From Vicinamibacterales bacterium (GTDB lineage Bacteria; Acidobacteriota; Vicinamibacteria; Vicinamibacterales; UBA8438), in NCBI GenBank assembly GCA_965203565.1, contig OZ241896.1, forward strand, positions 41,707-105,706: a DNA stretch of 64,000 nucleotides, in the 5' to 3' direction. A model generated the notes under the pieces. The model had not been told where the DNA came from. It did not search any database and saw only the letters and a program-made list of their open reading frames with translations. Positions within the stretch are counted from its first letter, which is position 1; each line of letters begins with the position of its first letter. This document shows positions 47,018 to 57,513 of this stretch, piece by piece. A program made the position numbers and the translations under genes.

Positions 47018-49011
47018 TGGCGATCACTCGGCGAGAAGCTGCCCGCCCAGACTTGTTCGTACCCTTCCCGACGCCCCACGAACTGTCCGGTGCGGATGCT
47101 GGCGATGCCGTAATCGGGCAGAGAACGCACGGCGTAGCATTTGCCGTCCCGCCGCCAGAAGTGCAGGTGACCGAAGTCCCGGTTCTCGAATCCGTGCCGT
47201 CGCCTGTCTGCGGGAAGATCGTTCGCATCGACAGGGTGCACGTGCAGGAAGAATCTCGGCCAGCCCTGCAGGTCCATCGCCGCCGGGCACTCGCGGCGGA
47301 GATAAAGCAGCTCCCCCCCTCCCCCCCTCTCGTTCCTGAAGAAGTGGACGTCGTAGTCAGGAGACTGCAGAACGGGGCGTTGCGCGTCCGCGCGCCGCTC
47401 GTATCGAGTCAGAGCGGCTTCGTAAACGCTGCTGTCGTAGAGAAACGACGACCGGTTGTCAGGAGTCAGGGAACGCACGCCTGCGAGCCGATCACCCAGG
47501 ACGAAATCGGCGAGATGCCTCTTGTTCAAGTCCGTCTTCACGACGCCCCTGGAATAGTAGTACAGACGCGTCAGGACAGTGACCGTCTTTCCTTCCGCCA
47601 GATTCCAGATGGCGTCGGAGTCGGCCGCCCTCATCCTTTCGAGCTCCGCGAGTTCCGGGTCGTGGGTGGTCCGGGCCATGAGGAAGCACGACAGCACGAA
47701 AGTCGCCGCCGCCGCGAGCACCGTGACGCGGCGGCGAACGCCCGGCCGGCCAGGACGCGGCAGCGTCAGTGCGAACAGCACGAGCGGGACGCCAGTATAG
47801 AACATGCCATTGAATTCGTGCCCGCCAAATCTGACCGTCTCGCGCATGATTATCGCCCAGCACGGTCCGGACAGCGCGAGCGCCGCCAGCGGAAGGCGGC
47901 AGCGGACAGTCGGCCGAACCACCAGGACCAGCGTCGTCAACACCGCCAGCACGGACACGGCGACGAGACTCGGCGTCCCGTACCGACGCGCCACGGGAGT
48001 CTCGCCGACGTCGACGACGAAGCGGCTGACGGCGTAAGGGACCGACGCCAGCCCGATGCGGCTGAACTGCTGCTCGGCGAAGCCCGGCCAGTTGAACGCG
48101 CCGCCACGCGATACGACGCTGGTGCGATAGAGCGCCGACTGCACCGAAGGCAGCTCCGCCAGCGGCGTCTCGCCGCCGAGCGCCGCATGCTCCCGCGCGA
48201 CGTTCGTCCCCAGCACCACCGACCCGAACAGCACCGCAACCACCCCCAGCGTCAGGCAGCGGCGGGCGGCGAGACCGTCCCCGCGGCGCCACGCCGACGC
48301 CAGACCGAGCGCCACGAACGGACCGACCAGCGCATAGACCTTCCAGTCCAGCAGCAGCGCCCCGCACGTCTTCGCCACCAGCTGCCCATACCGCCCTTCG
48401 GTCGCGAACACCGCCATGCCGTGAAAGACCAGCAGCAGGCCGAACAGGCCGACGGCCCCCTCCGTCGCGACCATGTCGGCGAAGTAGAGGGCGTGGAACG
48501 ACGAGAACGCCAGCAGCGTGGCCGCCAGCGCCGTCCAGGGGTCGCGCACCAGCCGGCGCAGGGCGAGCCAGGCGAGCGCCGCCGCGGCGGCATGCAGCGC
48601 CAGCATCAGCAGCCGCGCGGCGCGCAACCGGGCCCACGCATCGTCCGCGAACGGCAGCGTGACGAGCTTGATCAGCAGGTGTCCGAGCACGGGGAAGCGG
48701 TTGTACGGCACGTAGCGGCGGCGGCCTTCGTCGTCCAGCCGCTGCGCGTAGAAACCGAGAAAACGGTGCTCCGGCGACAGGCTCTCGGCCACCAGCATGT
48801 TGTTCCACGTGATCCCGAGTTCCGAACCGGAGGTCCACCGGTCGGGGTCGCTGCCGAGAAGCAGCGCCGCCGCCAGCGCCAGCAGCAGGACGAGCGCCGG
48901 CGCCGCCGAACGCGGCGTCACGGCGCCGGCGCCGGCCGGAGCGGGAGACCGGGGCCGCGGGCCGGCGCTTTCGACAGGAGATCGCTGCGGCGGAGAGTCG
49001 GGGTTCAGCAA
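47002..49011 (-). CDS. GT-C-like polytopic membrane protein inserted between atpA and atpG (paralog of 33827..35824)
   Basis: 669-aa ORF with many hydrophobic helices. The C-terminal domain PRFFLHVHP...LPDYGIASIRTGQF aligns to RFFLHVVP...LPKYDVASITTGQY of the other copy. The stop overlaps the atpG start by 16 nt. Its 3-prime half is visibly lower in GC. Confidence 0.7.
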   Translation of the reverse strand: MLNPDSPPQRSPVESAGPRPRSPAPAGAGAVTPRSAAPALVLLLALAAALLLGSDPDRWTSGSELGITWNNMLVAESLSPEHRFLGFYAQRLDDEGRRRYVPYNRFPVLGHLLIKLVTLPFADDAWARLRAARLLMLALHAAAAALAWLALRRLVRDPWTALAATLLAFSSFHALYFADMVATEGAVGLFGLLLVFHGMAVFATEGRYGQLVAKTCGALLLDWKVYALVGPFVALGLASAWRRGDGLAARRCLTLGVVAVLFGSVVLGTNVAREHAALGGETPLAELPSVQSALYRTSVVSRGGAFNWPGFAEQQFSRIGLASVPYAVSRFVVDVGETPVARRYGTPSLVAVSVLAVLTTLVLVVRPTVRCRLPLAALALSGPCWAIIMRETVRFGGHEFNGMFYTGVPLVLFALTLPRPGRPGVRRRVTVLAAAATFVLSCFLMARTTHDPELAELERMRAADSDAIWNLAEGKTVTVLTRLYYYSRGVVKTDLNKRHLADFVLGDRLAGVRSLTPDNRSSFLYDSSVYEAALTRYERRADAQRPVLQSPDYDVHFFRNERGGGGELLYLRRECPAAMDLQGWPRFFLHVHPVDANDLPADRRRHGFENRDFGHLHFWRRDGKCYAVRSLPDYGIASIRTGQFVGRREGYEQVWAGSFSPSDRQCRLS

Positions 49012-49023
49012 GAGATGGCTACG

Positions 49024-49038
49024 CAGCCCGTGGTGAAA
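49024..49038 (+). repeat. solo MITE left terminal repeat (15 nt)
   Basis: CAGCCCGTGGTGAAA is identical to the first 15 nt of copy 5. It lies 3 nt from the atpA stop codon (49042-49044). Confidence 0.55.
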
Positions 49039-49041
49039 CGC

Positions 49042-50571
<1,530 letters not shown>

Positions 50572-50584
50572 GCCTCGACTCCGT

Positions 50585-51139
50585 TCACCCCGCCGCGCCG
50601 CCGAGCAGCCGCTCCCGCAGCCGCGCGAGATGCCGCGCAACGCTGCCGTCCCACACCGTGCTCCCGATCCGGGCGACCACGCCGCCGATCACCTCGGGGT
50701 CCACTTCGGTCTCCACGGTGACCTGCCTGCCGGTGGCCGCTTCGAGCCTCCGGGCGATCTCCTGCATACGGCCGTCCGGGAGCGGCGACGCCGTGGTGAT
50801 CCGCGCGCGGACCTCGCCGCGGAGCTCCATCAGCCGCTCGCGGTAGACGTCGAGGATCTCGGGCAGCAGCGAGAGCCGGTCGTGCTCCGCCAGCAGGTTC
50901 AACAGCCGCCCGGTGATCGGCGACAGGTCGCCGGCGCGCTCGAGGAGGGCGGCCACCACGGCCCGCTTCGGGGCGGGCGGCACGGACGGCCCGAGGAGAC
51001 TCTTGCGCAGCAAGGGATGCTCGTCCAGCAGACCGGCGAACGCCGACGCCTCGCGCTCGACGCGTTCGAGCGCGCCTTCCTGCTCGCAAACGTCAAGGAG
51101 AGCACGTGCGTACCGCCGGGCGGCCGCGCGATTCGCCAT
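50585..51139 (-). CDS. atpH: F1 ATP synthase delta (OSCP) subunit
   Basis: 184 aa. The N-terminus is [12 protein letters not shown], and the C-terminus [17 protein letters not shown] is typical of OSCP. Confidence 0.85.
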   Translation of the reverse strand: MANRAAARRYARALLDVCEQEGALERVEREASAFAGLLDEHPLLRKSLLGPSVPPAPKRAVVAALLERAGDLSPITGRLLNLLAEHDRLSLLPEILDVYRERLMELRGEVRARITTASPLPDGRMQEIARRLEAATGRQVTVETEVDPEVIGGVVARIGSTVWDGSVARHLARLRERLLGGAAG

Positions 51140-51273
51140 CTTTCAAACGACTCGCCTGGAGCTGCGCACGCGGGACCTGTTGCTTGGGGATGCTCCGCGG
51201 CTGGCCAAACCGAAGAGTTATACCACTCACCCGCGGCCGGGGCAAGTTGAACGGGTGGATCGCGCCGGCCGGA

Positions 51274-52143
51274 CTACCGGGCGGTGAGCTGCTCGAACAG
51301 CCGCTGGAGCTCCGCTTCGGAGCCGAAGTGGATCTGGATCCGCCCCCCCTCGCGCCGCCGGACTATCTCCACTCGGGCGCCGAGTGCGACGCGCAGCCGT
51401 TCGGCCGCCGCCTGCGTGTTCGGGTCGGAAGACGCGGGCGGCGGGGACGGAACGGGCGCAAGGCGCTTCTTGACCAGCAGCTCGGTGTCGCGGACCGACA
51501 GGCCGCGGACCCGGACGTCGTGCGCGGCCCGGCGCTGCGCGGCGGCGTCGGGCAGGCCGAGCAGGGCCCGCGCGTGCCCCATGCTGAGCGCGCCCGACGA
51601 GACGTCGGACTGCACTTCGGGCGGCAACGCCAGCAGGCGCTGGTAGTTGGCCACCGTCGCCCGGTCCTTGCCGACCGCCTGGGCGATCTCCTCCTGGGTC
51701 AGGCGCAGCTCGTCGGCCAGCCGCTTGTACGCGCGGGCCTCCTCGATCGGGCTGAGGTCTTCCCGCTGGACGTTCTCGACCAGCGCCATCTCGAGCCGCT
51801 TCGCATCCGGCACGTCCCGGACGACGACCGGGACCTTCAGCAGTCCCGCCCGCTGCGCGGCGCGCCACCGCCGCTCGCCCGCGACGATCTCGTAGGCTCC
51901 GCCATCTCCGGGGCGGACCACGATCGGCTGGATGACGCCGCTCCCGCGAATCGACTGCGCCAGCTCGTCCAGCCTGGCGTCGTCCATGATGCGGCGCGGC
52001 TGATCGCGGTTCGGCGCGAGCAGGTCGAGATCGACTTCGGCCGGGGCGTCCGCGGGCGCCCGCCCCGGAGCGGCCTCCGGAGCGGGGACCTCCGGAATCA
52101 GCGCGCGCAGGCCGCGGCCGAGCGCGGGGCGTTTGTCAGGCAC
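51274..52143 (-). CDS. parB: chromosome partitioning protein ParB
   Basis: LGRGLRALIP, NRDQPR, GVIQPIVVRP, and the HTH region TQEEIAQAVGKDRATVANYQRLL. Confidence 0.95.
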   Translation of the reverse strand: MPDKRPALGRGLRALIPEVPAPEAAPGRAPADAPAEVDLDLLAPNRDQPRRIMDDARLDELAQSIRGSGVIQPIVVRPGDGGAYEIVAGERRWRAAQRAGLLKVPVVVRDVPDAKRLEMALVENVQREDLSPIEEARAYKRLADELRLTQEEIAQAVGKDRATVANYQRLLALPPEVQSDVSSGALSMGHARALLGLPDAAAQRRAAHDVRVRGLSVRDTELLVKKRLAPVPSPPPASSDPNTQAAAERLRVALGARVEIVRRREGGRIQIHFGSEAELQRLFEQLTAR

Positions 52144-52957
52144 GCTCTATTCTCCTCGGGTCTTCCCTTCCGGCGTCTTCGGGGCGCGCCGCCGCGCCGA
52201 GTATCTCGCGGGCCAGGGCGAGATACGCTTCCGCGCCCCGAGATTTTCTGTCGTATGACAGAGCAGGGAGTCCGTGACTGGGCGCCTCACCCAGACGGAC
52301 GTTGCGCGGAATGACGGTGTCGAACACCTTCTTCGCAAAGAATTCCCGCACGTCGGCCGCCACCTGCCGGCCGAGGTTCGTGCGCGAATCGGCCATCGTC
52401 AGGAGCACGCCGCCGATCTCCAGATCGGGGTTGAGGCTGGCGCGGACCCGCTGCAGCGTCGCCGTCAGCTCGGCCAACCCCTCGAGAGCGAAGAATTCGC
52501 AGGTGAGCGGGATCAAGACCTCGTCGACCGCGACGAGGGCGTTGAGCGTGAGCAGGCCAAGCGAAGGGGGAGTATCGACGAGCACGTAGTCGAACCGGCG
52601 TCGGGCCGCGGCGACGAACGGGCGCAGACGCAACTCGCGTCTCGGCAGGTTCACCAGCTCGATCTCCGCACCGGTCAGGTGGCGGTTGGCGGGCGCCAGC
52701 GACAGGTTGGTGACCGCCGTCGGGATGACGAAGTCGTCCACGTCGATCTCGACGTCGGTCGTCAGCGCGTCATAGACCGTTCCCCCCGGCGCCGGCCGGC
52801 CTTTCAGCCCGACGCCGCTGGTCAGATTCGACTGCGGGTCGAGGTCGACGAGCAGCACCGTGCGGCCGAGACGGCAAAGCGACGCCGCCAGATTGATGGC
52901 CGTCGTCGTCTTGCCGACGCCGCCTTTCTGGTTCGCGACGGCGACCGCCCGCTTCAT
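52136..52957 (-). CDS. parA: chromosome partitioning ATPase ParA/Soj
   Basis: The deviant Walker A is NQKGGVGKTTTAINLAA, and DYVLVDTPPSLG is present. It overlaps parB by 8 nt. Confidence 0.95.
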   Translation of the reverse strand: MKRAVAVANQKGGVGKTTTAINLAASLCRLGRTVLLVDLDPQSNLTSGVGLKGRPAPGGTVYDALTTDVEIDVDDFVIPTAVTNLSLAPANRHLTGAEIELVNLPRRELRLRPFVAAARRRFDYVLVDTPPSLGLLTLNALVAVDEVLIPLTCEFFALEGLAELTATLQRVRASLNPDLEIGGVLLTMADSRTNLGRQVAADVREFFAKKVFDTVIPRNVRLGEAPSHGLPALSYDRKSRGAEAYLALAREILGAAARPEDAGREDPRRIERA

Positions 52958-52999
52958 CGCCGGGTCTCATGGCGCGGCAGGGCCGGCGAAAAAGCGCAC

Positions 53000-53047
53000 C
53001 AGCCCGCGCAGGAATTCTCCGCTGCATTCAAGCGGCGCTGCATCACC
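53000..53047 (+). repeat. degenerate left half of the MITE-like repeat
   Basis: CAGCCCGCGCAGGAATTCTCCGCTGCATTCAAGCGGCGCTGCATCAC compares with the consensus CAGCCCGTGGCGAAAGTCCCCGCTGCATTCGAGCGGCGATGCATCCC. It lies 43 nt upstream of the parA start. Confidence 0.5.
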
Positions 53048-53248
53048 GGATGGAACCCAAACCGACAACGAGAAACAAGGCCCACAACATCAGCAAACCA
53101 CCGGGAACATGAGGCCGAGAGCGGATCTGCCAGCCGTCGAAACCGCCTCGTTCCCGAAAGCTATCACCGCTACGCCCCGCGTGGGACTCCACCACTGACT
53201 TGGTAAAAAGTACCGACTTTCCCAAGCCGTCGTCAACCGCAGGTGAAT

Positions 53249-53264
53249 TGTTCCACGTGGAACG
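53249..53264. promoter_or_regulatory. parS: parS-like centromere site
   Basis: TGTTCCACGTGGAACG contains the perfect 14-bp palindrome GTTCCACGTGGAAC. This is a GC-shifted version of the parS consensus TGTTTCACGTGAAACA. It lies about 290 nt upstream of parA. Confidence 0.7.
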
Positions 53265-53330
53265 TCGGGCGCCGGCCCGACGACGCTGCTGGTCGAGGCG
53301 GGGTTGTATTTTCGTATTTTGTTCGTTTTT

Positions 53331-53987
53331 TCAATCCGGCAGCTTGCGCAGCACCACGAGCTGACTGCCCGGACTCTCCGTCAGGGGGTGCGCCGCCCGC
53401 AATGCAAGGCGCGGCGACGACGACCAGGCCGCCCCCGTTCCGTCGTCGCCCGCGGTGAACAGCAACAGATCTCCGCCGTCGCGCACGAACGTCCGCCACG
53501 TCCGCAACGCCGGCCCGTCCGCGCGGACGCCGCGGACAGTGAGCGCGTCGAACGTCCCGCGCAGCGCCGGGCGCCGGGCGAGCACGTCCTTGAACCGCCC
53601 GGTCTCGACCGACGTGCGCGGCAATCCGAGCCGCCGGACCACGTCGCGCAGGAAGGCGGCCTTCCGCGCCTTCGCCTCGATCATCACCATCGAGCCCCCT
53701 CGCATCGCCAGTCGGAGCGGAATGGCGGGCGACCCGCCGCCGGATCCGACGTCGAGCACCTTGCCGGCGGAACCGGCGAGATGCCGGGCGGCCAGCAGCG
53801 GTTCGACGATCAGCCGGTCCACGCCCCGGTCGTCATCGCCCAGCGCCGTCAGGTTCATCCGTGCGTTCCAGCGCCGCAGCGCCGCGACGTAGGCGCACAA
53901 ACCGTCCAGCACGGGGCCGGGAACGTCCTCCAACCCCACGCGGGCTGCGCGTCGCCGGATCCGTTCCGCCAACTCGCCGCCGGCCAT
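53331..53987 (-). CDS. rsmG: 16S rRNA (guanine527-N7)-methyltransferase
   Basis: The start at 53985-53987 is MAGGELAERI. The SAM motif is VLDVGSGGGSPAIPL, and NLTA is present. The upstream part of the ORF-track ORF is read through the MITE. Confidence 0.85.
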   Translation of the reverse strand: MAGGELAERIRRRAARVGLEDVPGPVLDGLCAYVAALRRWNARMNLTALGDDDRGVDRLIVEPLLAARHLAGSAGKVLDVGSGGGSPAIPLRLAMRGGSMVMIEAKARKAAFLRDVVRRLGLPRTSVETGRFKDVLARRPALRGTFDALTVRGVRADGPALRTWRTFVRDGGDLLLFTAGDDGTGAAWSSSPRLALRAAHPLTESPGSQLVVLRKLPD

Positions 53988-54058
53988 TTTCCGTCTGCGC
54001 GAAGCCCGTGGCCCGGCGGGTCGCCAGGTCGTCCTCGAGCGGCCCGGCCGCTGACTAG

Positions 54059-54216
54059 CAGCCCGTGGTGAAAGTCCCCGCTGCATTCGAGCGGCGATGC
54101 ATCCCGCCTGACGGCGTTGTTCGTCGGTTGCGTATGCCCAATATGCGCCCTCCTCACGCCTTGTCAGCCGGGCGCCTCGCCGCTCTCGGTGCGACGCGGG
54201 ATTCCACCACGGGCTG
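54059..54216 (+). mobile_element. MITE-like hairpin repeat, copy 5 (158 bp)
   Basis: Flanked by direct CTAG (54055-54058 and 54217-54220). The right-hand TSD contains the jag stop codon (CTA = TAG on the minus strand). Confidence 0.85.
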
Positions 54217-54684
54217 CTAGGCGCGGCCGGGCGCGTCCGCGGTGATCAGGACCGTCTTCATGAACGCATCGCCGATGCTCTCCGACGAGGCGTCCGGGAC
54301 CTCGGCGACAGCGAGGTGCACGACGCGGCGGGCGTACGGGTTGAGGGGACCGATCTCCTGCGGCTCGCCTGTCTCGCGCGCCCGGTCGGCCAGCAACCGG
54401 GCGGTCTCCCGGAGCTCGGCGTCCTTCCCCTTCCGGTAGTCGAGGCAGTCCACGACGATGCGCCGGTCCGGATGACGCCGGCGAAAGGCGGCGTTGACGA
54501 GATGCTGCAGCGCGTCGAGGGCCGCGGCCCTGCGGCGCAGAAACGCCTCGCTCCCGCCGCCGGCAATCACGACCCGCGTCCCGTCGTCGATCGGCTCGGC
54601 CGAGACCGTCGAATCGAGTCCCATGGCCGCCGTGACCGACTGCACGAACTCGACCAGTTGCGTATTCAGTTCGTCTCCCACCAT
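54217..54684 (-). CDS. jag: Jag/KhpB-type RNA-binding protein (KH + R3H)
   Basis: 155 aa, immediately downstream of yidC. The R3H-like LNPYARRVVHLAV is present. Confidence 0.8.
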   Translation of the reverse strand: MVGDELNTQLVEFVQSVTAAMGLDSTVSAEPIDDGTRVVIAGGGSEAFLRRRAAALDALQHLVNAAFRRRHPDRRIVVDCLDYRKGKDAELRETARLLADRARETGEPQEIGPLNPYARRVVHLAVAEVPDASSESIGDAFMKTVLITADAPGRA

Positions 54685-54708
54685 CCTCCGCTCCCGGAAC
54701 TCCGCGGC

Positions 54709-56490
54709 TCAGCTCGACGACGACGCCCGCTTGCCGCCTTTGCCCGTTCGGGCGCTCCTGAGCCGGCGCTCCGCCGGCGGCCGCACCGTGCGCACCTTGG
54801 GCGGTCCGATCAATCGGTTCGTGACGACCTGCTGGCCGATCCCGAGCAGGTTGCTCGTGAGCCAGTAGATCACCAGGCCGCTCGGGGCCCACAGGAACAT
54901 GAACGTGAAGACGATCGGCATCAGCATCATGATCCGCTGCTGCATCGGGTCGGCCTGGGTCGGGGTCATCCGCTGCTGCAGCACCATCGAGCCGCCCATC
55001 ACGATCGGCGTGATGTAGAGCGGATCGTGCACCGAAAGGTCGGATATCCAGAGCATGAAGGGCGCGCCCCGGATCTCTATCGCCATCGAGAGCAACCGGT
55101 AGAACGCGAACAGGATCGGCATGGTGGCCAGCATCGGCAGGCATCCGCTGGCCGGGTTCACGCCGCGTTCGCGGTAGAGCGCCATCACCTCCTGGTTCAT
55201 CTTCTGCTTGTCGGGGTCGGTCGCCTTCAGGTGCTTGTAGCGCTCCTGGATCGCCTTCATCTCCGGCTGGAGCTCCTGCATCTTCCGCATCGAGACGACG
55301 CTCTTGTGCCGCAGCGGGAAGATCACGACGTTGATCAGGATCGTCAGGATGATGATGGCGAAGCCCCAGTTGCCGACCCCCGCATGCACCCAGCTCAGCG
55401 ATCGGTGCAGCGGGACGACCAGCCACGCCAGGAACCCGAACTCGATCGCCTGGGGAAGGGCCGGGTCGGCCGCCTCCAGCACGTCGAAGTCCTTGGGACC
55501 GAGATAGAACGGCAGGTCGCGAATCCCGGCCGGCAGCGCGAGGTCGAACGCCATCAGGTCTCGCGGGTCGCCGTTCGGCAGGCGCGGCGGCAGCGGGACC
55601 GGCCGGTATCGGACCGCCGCCTCCTGCGCGCCCGGCAGCGCCGCCGCCAGGAAGTAATGGTTGTCGACCCCCAGGAACGTCATCTGTCCTTCGTACGTCG
55701 GCTGGCGGGCGGCGTCGGCCGCGTCGGGGCGCGTGACGTCGATCGGCTGCATGACGCCGCCTTCGAACAGGCGGCCGTACACGATGCCGCGCGGCCCCTG
55801 GCGGAAAGCGAATCCGGACGTGGTGTGCTCGCCGCCGCCGAGCGCCGGCCCCCATCGGAGCACCGGATCGAGCGGCTGATCCCCCTGCGCCGCCTCGACT
55901 GTCAGGGTCAGCAGATACGGGCTGGCCGACGGGTCGAACCGGAACGTCTTCCGGATCCGGAGGCCCGCCGCGTCCTCGTAGTCGAAACTCAGGCTCCCGG
56001 TCCGATCGCCCAACTGCACCCGCCCGGCGCTCGTCCGGAAGAGCGCTTCGCCGGCCAGCCGGGTCAGCTGCGGGTCGTCGAACGCCAGCGCGAACGGCGC
56101 CGGGGCGGCGTCAGGCAGGTCGCGGGGAACGAGCTCCACCGGTTCGCCGTCGTCCAGGTACTCCGCCAGCCGCCAGCTCGTCAGTACGGCGCCGCGATTG
56201 GCGAAAGCCGCACGGAACCGGGAACTTTCGACGACGATCTCCCTCGGCGCGTCGTCCGCCACCACCGGCTCCGGGGCGGCGGCGGATTCGGCGTCCGGCG
56301 CGCCCGGCGGCGCGGCAGGAGCCGCCGGCGGGTCCGCGGCGACAGCGGCCGGCGGCGCCGCGACAGGAGCGCCCGGCGCACCGGAGGCCGCATCGGGCCG
56401 CGGCGCGTCGGGCGGGGGCCCGATCAGCGACTGGTACGCGTAGAGCACCAGAAAGGACAGAAAGACGGCAAGCAGAACCCTTCGCTCCAT
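54709..56490 (-). CDS. yidC: membrane protein insertase YidC
   Basis: 593 aa. It has an N-terminal TM helix, a large periplasmic domain, and the C-terminal core GNWGFAIIILTILINVVIFPL...GCLPMLATMPILFAFY. Confidence 0.95.
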   Translation of the reverse strand: MERRVLLAVFLSFLVLYAYQSLIGPPPDAPRPDAASGAPGAPVAAPPAAVAADPPAAPAAPPGAPDAESAAAPEPVVADDAPREIVVESSRFRAAFANRGAVLTSWRLAEYLDDGEPVELVPRDLPDAAPAPFALAFDDPQLTRLAGEALFRTSAGRVQLGDRTGSLSFDYEDAAGLRIRKTFRFDPSASPYLLTLTVEAAQGDQPLDPVLRWGPALGGGEHTTSGFAFRQGPRGIVYGRLFEGGVMQPIDVTRPDAADAARQPTYEGQMTFLGVDNHYFLAAALPGAQEAAVRYRPVPLPPRLPNGDPRDLMAFDLALPAGIRDLPFYLGPKDFDVLEAADPALPQAIEFGFLAWLVVPLHRSLSWVHAGVGNWGFAIIILTILINVVIFPLRHKSVVSMRKMQELQPEMKAIQERYKHLKATDPDKQKMNQEVMALYRERGVNPASGCLPMLATMPILFAFYRLLSMAIEIRGAPFMLWISDLSVHDPLYITPIVMGGSMVLQQRMTPTQADPMQQRIMMLMPIVFTFMFLWAPSGLVIYWLTSNLLGIGQQVVTNRLIGPPKVRTVRPPAERRLRSARTGKGGKRASSSS

Positions 56491-56529
56491 GATGCTTCGA
56501 TGATGCTCGTGCGGCCCTGATCCGCGTAA

Positions 56530-56811
56530 TCAGCGCGCCTTCGGACCGGGCGGGGCAGGCACCTGGTCGAGCCCTCCGTCGCACAGCGGGTGGCACCGCG
56601 CCAGGCGGCGCGCCGCGAGCCAGCCTCCCCGCAACGTCCCATGTCGGGAAATCGCCTCGCGGGCATATTCCGAGCACGAAGGCACGAACCGGCACGACCC
56701 GGCGAACAGCGGCGACAGGAGAATCCTGTACGCCGATATCGCGGCCAGAAGCCCCGCCGCCGGCAGCCGGACGAGCCGCGCCCTCACGCCGTCACCCTCA
56801 CAGCCGTCCAT
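56530..56811 (-). CDS. yidD: membrane protein insertion efficiency factor YidD
   Basis: [27 protein letters not shown]...RCHP. The start is taken at the ATG 56809-56811. Confidence 0.85.
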   Translation of the reverse strand: MDGCEGDGVRARLVRLPAAGLLAAISAYRILLSPLFAGSCRFVPSCSEYAREAISRHGTLRGGWLAARRLARCHPLCDGGLDQVPAPPGPKAR

Positions 56812-57160
56812 GCGCTCGACCGAAATCCTGTCCGAAACGCCGCAAGGTGGCCCGGTAGTCGGCCTGGAGCTCGGCGAACGGCGCATCGAGGAGCTCCGGG
56901 CGCGGCAGCACGACCAGATCGAACCCGGGCCGGCGCTCTTCGAGGCGGAAGAGCTCCCGGACCAGACGCTTGAACCGGTTCCGGCGCACCGCGTCGCCCA
57001 GCCGCCGCGGCGCGACGACGCCCAGCCGGCTCGCGTCCCGGCCGTTCGGCAGGCCCAGCATCGTCAGGTAGCGTCCGCGGCGCCGGACGCCCGATCGTTG
57101 CACCTTCAGAAATTCCGGCCGGCGGCGGATCCGGTCCCGGCGGGCCAGTGTCCGGATCAA
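56798..57160 (-). CDS. rnpA: ribonuclease P protein component
   Basis: 120 aa, basic. It carries the RNR motif [12 protein letters not shown] and overlaps the rpmH stop by 4 nt. Confidence 0.9.
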   Translation of the reverse strand: MIRTLARRDRIRRRPEFLKVQRSGVRRRGRYLTMLGLPNGRDASRLGVVAPRRLGDAVRRNRFKRLVRELFRLEERRPGFDLVVLPRPELLDAPFAELQADYRATLRRFGQDFGRAHGRL

Positions 57161-57294
57161 GAGACCGCCAGCCGCTTGCGGCCCTTCGCCCGCCGGTTCT
57201 TCAGAATGAGGCGCCCGCTCCTGGTGCTCATGCGCGTGCGGAACCCGTGCGTGCGCTTCCGGCGGCGGCGATTCGGCTGGTACGTGCGTTTCAT
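57157..57294 (-). CDS. rpmH: 50S ribosomal protein L34
   Basis: [44 protein letters not shown], from the internal ATG at 57292-57294. Confidence 0.95.
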   Translation of the reverse strand: MKRTYQPNRRRRKRTHGFRTRMSTRSGRLILKNRRAKGRKRLAVS

Positions 57295-57439
57295 GGCGTC
57301 GCCTGCTGTGAAAACGAGTCGTTCATGGTAGTCAACCGCCGGCGAAAGTGTCAACGCGCCGTCTCGATCCGCCCTGTTTGCGAACCGGCAGCAAGTGTGT
57401 TACATTCACGGCCCTTCGGGGAAAATCCCTTTCCTGCAG

Positions 57440-57471
57440 TTTTCCACACCTGTGGAAACATTTGTGGAAAT
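57440..57471. promoter_or_regulatory. cluster of three DnaA boxes upstream of dnaA
   Basis: TTTTCCACA (57440-57448), TGTGGAAAC (57451-57459) and TGTGGAAAT (57463-57471). Each matches the TTATCCACA consensus at 7-8 of 9 positions. Confidence 0.75.
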
Positions 57472-57513
57472 CCAGGGCTTTTGCCCAGGTTCCTGAGGGC
57501 GCGCGTACAACCG

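Noticed and set aside
53295-53335. AT-rich tract next to parAB/rsmG, considered as a possible second or alternative replication origin.
   Set aside because: No DnaA-box cluster accompanies it. The dnaA-dnaN intergenic region has both the boxes and a longer AT-rich element, and the strand switch occurs at dnaA.
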